Assembly (NCBI GenBank): GCA_023265995.1 | Contig: JAHFSA010000004.1 | Span: forward strand, 32,340 to 96,339 | From: Perlucidibaca sp. | Lineage (GTDB): Bacteria; Pseudomonadota; Gammaproteobacteria; Pseudomonadales; Moraxellaceae | Direction of reading: 5' to 3' | DNA length: 64,000 nucleotides | Shown here: piece by piece, positions 59,242 through 64,000 of the stretch | Position numbering within the stretch: position 1 is the first letter of the stretch | Layout: every line of letters begins with the position of its first letter | Program-made: the position numbers and the translations under genes | Notes under the pieces: model-generated | Database searches by the model: none | Told to the model about the DNA's origin: nothing | The model's input: the letters and a program-made list of their open reading frames with translations, nothing else

Positions 59242-60753
59242 TCAGCGCAGGAACAACTGGTAGGCCGGATTCGCGCTTTCGTCCGAATAGCCGTAGCCGA
59301 CGGCATCGAGCGAGGCGCGCAGTTCGGCCAGCGAGCGCTTGCCCAGCTGCAGGCCGACCAGCACGCGGCCATAGGCCGAGCCATGGTTGCGGTAGTGGAA
59401 GAGCGAAATGTTCCACTGCGTGCCGAGCTGGGTCAGGAAGGCCATGAGCGCGCCCGGGCGTTCCGGGAATTCGAAGCGGAACAGGCGCTCGTCGTCGAGG
59501 CCGGCATGGCCGCCGACGAGGTGGCGTGTGTGCAACTTGGCCATCTCGTCATCGGACAGATCGAGCACGGCATAACCCTTGCGCCCGAGGCCGTCGACCA
59601 GCTCCTGGCGCTCGCCTTCGCCGCCGCGCAGCGACACGCCGACGAAGACATGAGCATCGCTGCTGTCGCTGTAGCGATAGTTGAATTCGGTGACGTTGCG
59701 CTTGCCTATGGCCTGGCAGAAGGCCTTGAAGGCACCCGGCTTCTCCGGGATGGTCACCGCCAGCACGGCCTCGCGGCGCTCGCCCAGTTCGGTGCGCTCG
59801 GCGATGTGACGCAGGCGATCGAAATTCATGTTGGCACCGGAGTTGATCGCCACCAGCGTCTGCCCGATCACGCCGGACTGCTGCACATGCTTCTTGAGGC
59901 CGGCCAGCGCCAGTGCGCCTGCCGGTTCGCAGATGCTGCGGCACTCGTCGAAGATGTCCTTGATGGCGGCGCAGATCTCGTCGGTGGAACAGGTGATGAC
60001 GTCATCGACCGCGACCTTGGCGATGTCGAAGGTGTGCTTGCCGATCTGGCGCACGGCGACGCCATCGGCGAAGAGGCCGACCTGATCGAGGGTGACGCGC
60101 TTGCCGGCCTTCATGGCCGCGGCCAGGCAGGCCGAGTCGGCAGCCTCGACGGCGATCACGCGCACCGACGGGCGCACGAATTTCACATAGGCAGCAATGC
60201 CGGCCATGAGGCCGCCGCCGCCGACCGGAACGAAGATGGCATCGAGCGGGCCGCTGTGCTGACGCAGGATTTCCTGCGCCACCGTGCCCTGGCCGGCGAT
60301 CACGTCGAGGTCGTCGAAGGGGTGGATGAAGCTGTAGCCCTTTTCCGCCATCAGCGTCTGGGCGTGGGCATAGGCATCGTCATAGCTGTCGCCGGCGAGC
60401 ACGACCTGGCCACCGAGGGCCTTCACCGAGTTGACCTTGATGTCCGGTGTGGTCTGCGGCATCACGATCACGCCCTTGATGGCGAATTCGCGCGCGGCCA
60501 GCGCCACGCCCTGGGCATGGTTGCCGGCGGAGGCGCAGATCACGCCCTTGGCGCGTTCGGCCTCCGAGAGCTGGGCGATCTTGTTGTAGGCGCCACGCAG
60601 CTTGAAGGAGAACACCGGCTGCAGGTCTTCACGCTTGAGCAGCACGCGATTCTTCAGGCGGCGCGAAATCAGCAGTGCCTCGTCGAGCGGGCTCTCGATG
60701 GCGACATCGTAGACACGGGCCTGGAGTATGCGTTTGACGACAGCGTCGAGCAT
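59242..60753 (-). CDS. ilvA: Threonine ammonia-lyase, biosynthetic (two ACT-like regulatory domains)
   Basis: PLP site FSFKLRGAYN and GGGGL loop. 503 aa with a C-terminal regulatory duplication. Confidence 0.96.
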   Translation of the reverse strand: MLDAVVKRILQARVYDVAIESPLDEALLISRRLKNRVLLKREDLQPVFSFKLRGAYNKIAQLSEAERAKGVICASAGNHAQGVALAAREFAIKGVIVMPQTTPDIKVNSVKALGGQVVLAGDSYDDAYAHAQTLMAEKGYSFIHPFDDLDVIAGQGTVAQEILRQHSGPLDAIFVPVGGGGLMAGIAAYVKFVRPSVRVIAVEAADSACLAAAMKAGKRVTLDQVGLFADGVAVRQIGKHTFDIAKVAVDDVITCSTDEICAAIKDIFDECRSICEPAGALALAGLKKHVQQSGVIGQTLVAINSGANMNFDRLRHIAERTELGERREAVLAVTIPEKPGAFKAFCQAIGKRNVTEFNYRYSDSSDAHVFVGVSLRGGEGERQELVDGLGRKGYAVLDLSDDEMAKLHTRHLVGGHAGLDDERLFRFEFPERPGALMAFLTQLGTQWNISLFHYRNHGSAYGRVLVGLQLGKRSLAELRASLDAVGYGYSDESANPAYQLFLR

Positions 60754-60839
60754 GATGGGCGCTTCCGGAAAGTTGCCAGCGAGTATACTACGCGCCTTGC
60801 GCTCTCAAGCGCCCTGCCTGTCAGTCCCCGGAGTTCCTG

Positions 60840-61517
60840 ATGTCCGCTGTTTCGTCCGCCGATGCCCTCAAACGTGCCGTAGCCGAGGCCGCGCTGGCCT
60901 ATGTGGAAGACGGCGAGATTCTCGGTGTCGGCACCGGCTCCACGGCCAATCACTTCATCGACGGCCTCAAGGCCATACGCCACAAGGTCACGGCCGCCGT
61001 GGCCAGCAGCGAAGCCACGAAGCAGCGTCTGGAAGCGATAGGCATCGAGGTCGTCGATCTCAACCAGGTCGACAAGATCGGCATCTACGTCGATGGCGCC
61101 GACGAGATCAATGCCGCGCTGGAAATGATCAAGGGTGGTGGTGGTGCGCTCACGCGCGAGAAGATCGTGGCGGCGCTGGCGAAGAAGTTCATCTGCATCG
61201 CCGACGAGAGCAAGTGGGTCGAGCGTCTCGGCACCTTCCCGCTGCCGGTGGAAGTGATTCCCATGGCACGTTCGCTGATCGCGCGCGAGCTGGTGAAGAT
61301 GGGCGGCAGCCCGGTCTACCGTACCGGCTTCGTGACCGACAACGGCAACGTCATCCTCGATACCTACGGCCTCGACATCAGCAATCCGGTCGAGCTCGAA
61401 ACCCGCCTCAACAATCTCGTCGGTGTCGTCACCAACGGCCTCTTCGCGCGCCGTCCGGCCGATGTCCTTCTGCTCGGCGGCGCCGCCGGCGTGCGTACCA
61501 TCACCCGCGCCGACTGA
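60840..61517 (+). CDS. rpiA: Ribose-5-phosphate isomerase A
   Basis: [24 protein letters not shown]. Divergent from ilvA as in Pseudomonas. Confidence 0.96.
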   Translation: MSAVSSADALKRAVAEAALAYVEDGEILGVGTGSTANHFIDGLKAIRHKVTAAVASSEATKQRLEAIGIEVVDLNQVDKIGIYVDGADEINAALEMIKGGGGALTREKIVAALAKKFICIADESKWVERLGTFPLPVEVIPMARSLIARELVKMGGSPVYRTGFVTDNGNVILDTYGLDISNPVELETRLNNLVGVVTNGLFARRPADVLLLGGAAGVRTITRAD

Positions 61518-61574
61518 TCCGCAGTCATCTGGCATGACCGCCCGGGCATCGCCGCCCCGGCTGTCATTGCCGCA

Positions 61575-62117
61575 TCAGATCTCGCCCGGGTGCGCCTGGG
61601 CGCGAAAGGCCTTGAGCTCCTCGGCATGGCGCAGGCGCTGGCTGCGCCGCAGGTCGGCCTCGCCGCAGCGGCGCTGCTCGTCCTCGCTTCCGGTCAGCAG
61701 TGCCGGCACCGGTCGCGGCTTGCCGCTGTCATCCACCGCCACGAAGGTCAGGTAAGCCGACAGGATATGGCGGCGCTCGCCATTGAAGGCCTGGGCGTCG
61801 ACACGGCAGCCGACCTCCATGGACGTGCGCCAGGCCTTGTTCACCGAGGCCGCGAAGATCAGCACGTCGCCACGCTTGGCCGGCGCCAGGAAATGCACCG
61901 CGTCGACGCTGGCGGTGACGCAGACACCGCTGGCGTGGCGGCAGGCGACGACGGCACAGAGCCGGTCCATCTGCGCCATGATCATGCCGCCGAAGACGGT
62001 GTCATTGGCATTGAGGTCGTTGGGAAAAACCCAGTAGACCTGGTCGGTGACGGCCGAGGCCGCCACCGGCTTGCCGTCGCTGACGGCGCCGCTGTTGTCG
62101 TTCATGAGGTCAGCCAT
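61575..62117 (-). CDS. Acyl-CoA thioesterase (YciA-like hotdog fold)
   Basis: VFPNDLNANDTVFGGMIMAQMD motif. The start overlaps the stop of the upstream CsoR-like gene by 8 nt. Confidence 0.82.
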   Translation of the reverse strand: MADLMNDNSGAVSDGKPVAASAVTDQVYWVFPNDLNANDTVFGGMIMAQMDRLCAVVACRHASGVCVTASVDAVHFLAPAKRGDVLIFAASVNKAWRTSMEVGCRVDAQAFNGERRHILSAYLTFVAVDDSGKPRPVPALLTGSEDEQRRCGEADLRRSQRLRHAEELKAFRAQAHPGEI

Positions 62118-62412
62118 ATTTGCTCAGCAGTCGGGTCATGTGTTCGGTGGCGGCCAGCACCTGCTCGGGGGCCTGGCTGGCGGCAATCTCCATGCGCAGA
62201 TTGCACGCCACCATCTCGTGGAAGGCCTTGTCCAGAGCCCGTCGCGCGGCAGACAGCTGCTGCGCGATGCTCTCGCAGCTGTCACCCTTTTCCATCATGG
62301 CCTGGATGCCGCGCAGCTGGCCTTCGACACGACGCAGGCGAATGATGAGCTTGCGCTGATGTGCTTCGCGCTCCTGCATGAGCTGGCTCGTGGTCTGGTC
62401 TGTCTTGTTCAT
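62110..62412 (-). CDS. CsoR/RcnR/FrmR-family metal- or persulfide-sensing repressor (CstR-like)
   Basis: 100 aa. [19 protein letters not shown] helix 1 and [17 protein letters not shown] helix 2. Cys46 sits at the conserved X position, Asn71 at the usual His position, and a second Cys at 70. Confidence 0.85.
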   Translation of the reverse strand: MNKTDQTTSQLMQEREAHQRKLIIRLRRVEGQLRGIQAMMEKGDSCESIAQQLSAARRALDKAFHEMVACNLRMEIAASQAPEQVLAATEHMTRLLSKYG

Positions 62413-62453
62413 GGTCGCATGCTACGCCAGTTGGTCCGGGTTGTTCATCCAAC

Positions 62454-62469
62454 ATACTGGGGGTAGTAT
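62454..62469. promoter_or_regulatory. Candidate CsoR-family operator ATACT-GGGGGT-AGTAT
   Basis: Inverted ATACT/AGTAT arms around a G-tract, the general shape of described CsoR/CstR operators. It lies in the 86-bp divergent region, about 30 bp upstream of the YeeE ATG and about 42 bp upstream of the repressor ATG. Confidence 0.45.
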
Positions 62470-62498
62470 ATTGGAAATGCCTTGCGCGGGGTGACAAC

Positions 62499-62924
62499 AT
62501 GTATGCGATGCAATTGCCGTCGACCTGGCTGAGCGGACTCAGCGGCGGCCTCATGATAGGTTTCAGCGCGGCCTCGCTGTTCTGGCTGCTCGGTCGTATC
62601 GCCGGCATCAGCGGCATTCTCGGCGGTCTCATGCAGGCCGGTGCCGGCGGGGATCGCGCCTGGCGTGTGCTGTTCCTGGCCGGGTTGCTGCTGGCCGGCC
62701 TGCTCGTCGCACCCGTGCCCATGCTGACCGAGGGCACCGGCACCCCCATGCTGATCGTCGCCGGCCTGCTCGTCGGCTTCGGCTCCCGGCTCGGCAGCGG
62801 CTGCACCTCGGGGCATGGCGTGTGCGGACTGGGGCGTCTGTCGCTGCGTTCGCTGGCGGCCACGGCCACCTTCATGACGGCTGGTTTCGTCACCGTTTTC
62901 CTGCTTCGTCACGGAGGCTTCTGA
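62499..62924 (+). CDS. YeeE/YedE-family sulfur-compound transporter, half-size subunit 1
   Basis: Four TM segments with the conserved [12 protein letters not shown] motif. Confidence 0.85.
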   Translation: MYAMQLPSTWLSGLSGGLMIGFSAASLFWLLGRIAGISGILGGLMQAGAGGDRAWRVLFLAGLLLAGLLVAPVPMLTEGTGTPMLIVAGLLVGFGSRLGSGCTSGHGVCGLGRLSLRSLAATATFMTAGFVTVFLLRHGGF

Positions 62925-62925
62925 C

Positions 62926-63336
62926 ATGAAGGCTCTGGCGGCTTTTCTCACCGGCCTGCTGTTCGGGCTCGGCCTCATCGTCTCCGGCATGACCGATCCC
63001 GGCAAGGTGCAGGGCTTCCTCGACCTCGCCGGCGACTGGGATGCGACGCTGATGTTCGTCATGGGTGGCGCCGTGCTGGTGACCCTGCCGGCCTTCACCT
63101 GGTTCCGGCGCCATGAACGGCCGCTCATGGCGGAGCACTTCCGCTGGCCGAGCGCCACCGGCATAGACGCCCGTCTGCTCACGGGTGCTGCTCTTTTCGG
63201 CACCGGCTGGGGCCTGGCCGGGCTGTGCCCGGGGCCGGCGCTGGTCAATCTCGCCACCGGCCATGGCGGCGTGCTGGTGTTCTGTCTCGCCATGGTTGCC
63301 GGCATGCTGCTGCATGACCGTCTGCTCAAGTCCTGA
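62926..63336 (+). CDS. YeeE/YedE-family sulfur-compound transporter, half-size subunit 2
   Basis: Four TM segments with the GWGLAGLCPGPA motif. Starts 2 nt after subunit 1. Confidence 0.85.
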   Translation: MKALAAFLTGLLFGLGLIVSGMTDPGKVQGFLDLAGDWDATLMFVMGGAVLVTLPAFTWFRRHERPLMAEHFRWPSATGIDARLLTGAALFGTGWGLAGLCPGPALVNLATGHGGVLVFCLAMVAGMLLHDRLLKS

Positions 63337-63353
63337 GGCTCACGGAGGCCATC

Positions 63354-64000
63354 ATGCTCTTTCGTCAGTTCTTCGATGCCGCATCCGGTACCTATACCTA
63401 TCTTCTGGCCTCGGGTGAGGGCCGCGAGGCCGTCATCATCGATCCGGTCAAGGAGCAGCTCGAGCAGTATCTGCAGGCCATCCGCGAGCTGGATCTGAAG
63501 CTGGTGCGCGCCATCGACACCCATACCCATGCCGATCATGTCACCGCGCTCGGCGATCTGCGCGACCGCACCGGCTGCGTCACCATCATGGGCGAATTCA
63601 CCCAGGCGCATTGCGTGTCGGCGCAGGTGCGTGAAGGTGACGTGCTCGATATTGATGGCATCCGGCTGCAAGCCATATACACCCCGGGGCATACCGACGA
63701 GTCGTTCAGCTTCGTGCTCGACCCGGCGCGGCCGCGCGCGGTGTTCACCGGCGACGTGTTGCTCATCCGCGGTACCGGCCGTACCGATTTCCAGGCCGGA
63801 GATCCGCACAAGTCCTGGGACTCCATCACCAACAAGCTGTTTCGCCTGCCGGACGAGACCCTGGTCTACCCGGGTCATGACTACAAGGGCTGGACCAGCT
63901 CCAGCATAGGCGAGGAGAAGCGTTTCAATCCGCGCCTGGCCGGCCGCAGCGAGGCCGAGTACGTGGCCATCATGAACAGCCTGCACCTGCCGGACCCGCG
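63354..64000 (+). CDS. Persulfide dioxygenase (ETHE1-like MBL-fold), 3' end outside the window
   Basis: Not in the ORF track because there is no in-window stop. My translation from the ATG at 63354 (GGAGG RBS) gives MLFRQFFDAASGTYTYLLA...DTHTHADHV...TPGHTDES...FTGDVLLIRGTGRTDFQ...YPGHDYKG, the ETHE1/PDO pattern. Confidence 0.88.
   Translation, partial: MLFRQFFDAASGTYTYLLASGEGREAVIIDPVKEQLEQYLQAIRELDLKLVRAIDTHTHADHVTALGDLRDRTGCVTIMGEFTQAHCVSAQVREGDVLDIDGIRLQAIYTPGHTDESFSFVLDPARPRAVFTGDVLLIRGTGRTDFQAGDPHKSWDSITNKLFRLPDETLVYPGHDYKGWTSSSIGEEKRFNPRLAGRSEAEYVAIMNSLHLPDP

Noticed and set aside
1-64000. CRISPR arrays, IS elements, prophage or defence-system genes
   Set aside because: None were seen. 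No regularly spaced direct repeats appear, no transposase, integrase or nuclease-like ORFs are present, and every gap longer than about 100 bp is accounted for as a promoter or terminator region.

Overview
This is a GC-rich window (third codon positions are mostly G/C). Gene order looks gammaproteobacterial and Pseudomonas-like: ptsP-rppH, zapA-ssrS-ygfA, ygfB-pepP-ubiH-ubiI, rpiA/ilvA, and a 13-gene nuo operon with fused nuoCD. It is almost fully coding, mostly core metabolism, and I can place about 60 CDS.

Main content in order:
- hemX (5' partial), a truncated hemY and tRNA-Phe.
- Two PaaI thioesterases and two transporters.
- A tightly packed minus-strand run: lgt-thyA-folA-indolepyruvate oxidoreductase-earP-efp.
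- ptsP-rppH, then 6S RNA with zapA and 5-formyl-THF cyclo-ligase, then pepP/ubiH/ubiI.
- A WS/DGAT wax-ester synthase and nuoA-N.
- A terminator-bracketed FadL-like porin plus 1145-aa lipoprotein operon.
- GTP-type PEPCK and gcvT-H-PA-PB.
- A PAS histidine kinase with a REC/degenerate HD-GYP regulator.
- A Baeyer-Villiger monooxygenase and an unknown protein appended to ilvA, then rpiA.
- A sulfide-detoxification-like module: CsoR/CstR-like repressor, split YeeE/YedE, and a persulfide dioxygenase cut by the window end.

I saw no rRNA, CRISPR array, transposase, integrase or phage genes.

The best candidates for something under-described are:
- the FadL-like porin plus giant Cys-paired lipoprotein operon, possibly AupA/AupB-like hydrophobic-substrate uptake;
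- the CsoR-family regulator with atypical Cys spacing, co-transcribed with an acyl-CoA thioesterase and divergent from YeeE/PDO genes.

The many very long ORFs (up to 1638 aa) lie antisense to conserved genes. I treat them as GC-composition artefacts. All functional calls come from reading the translations and motifs by eye; no database search was run.
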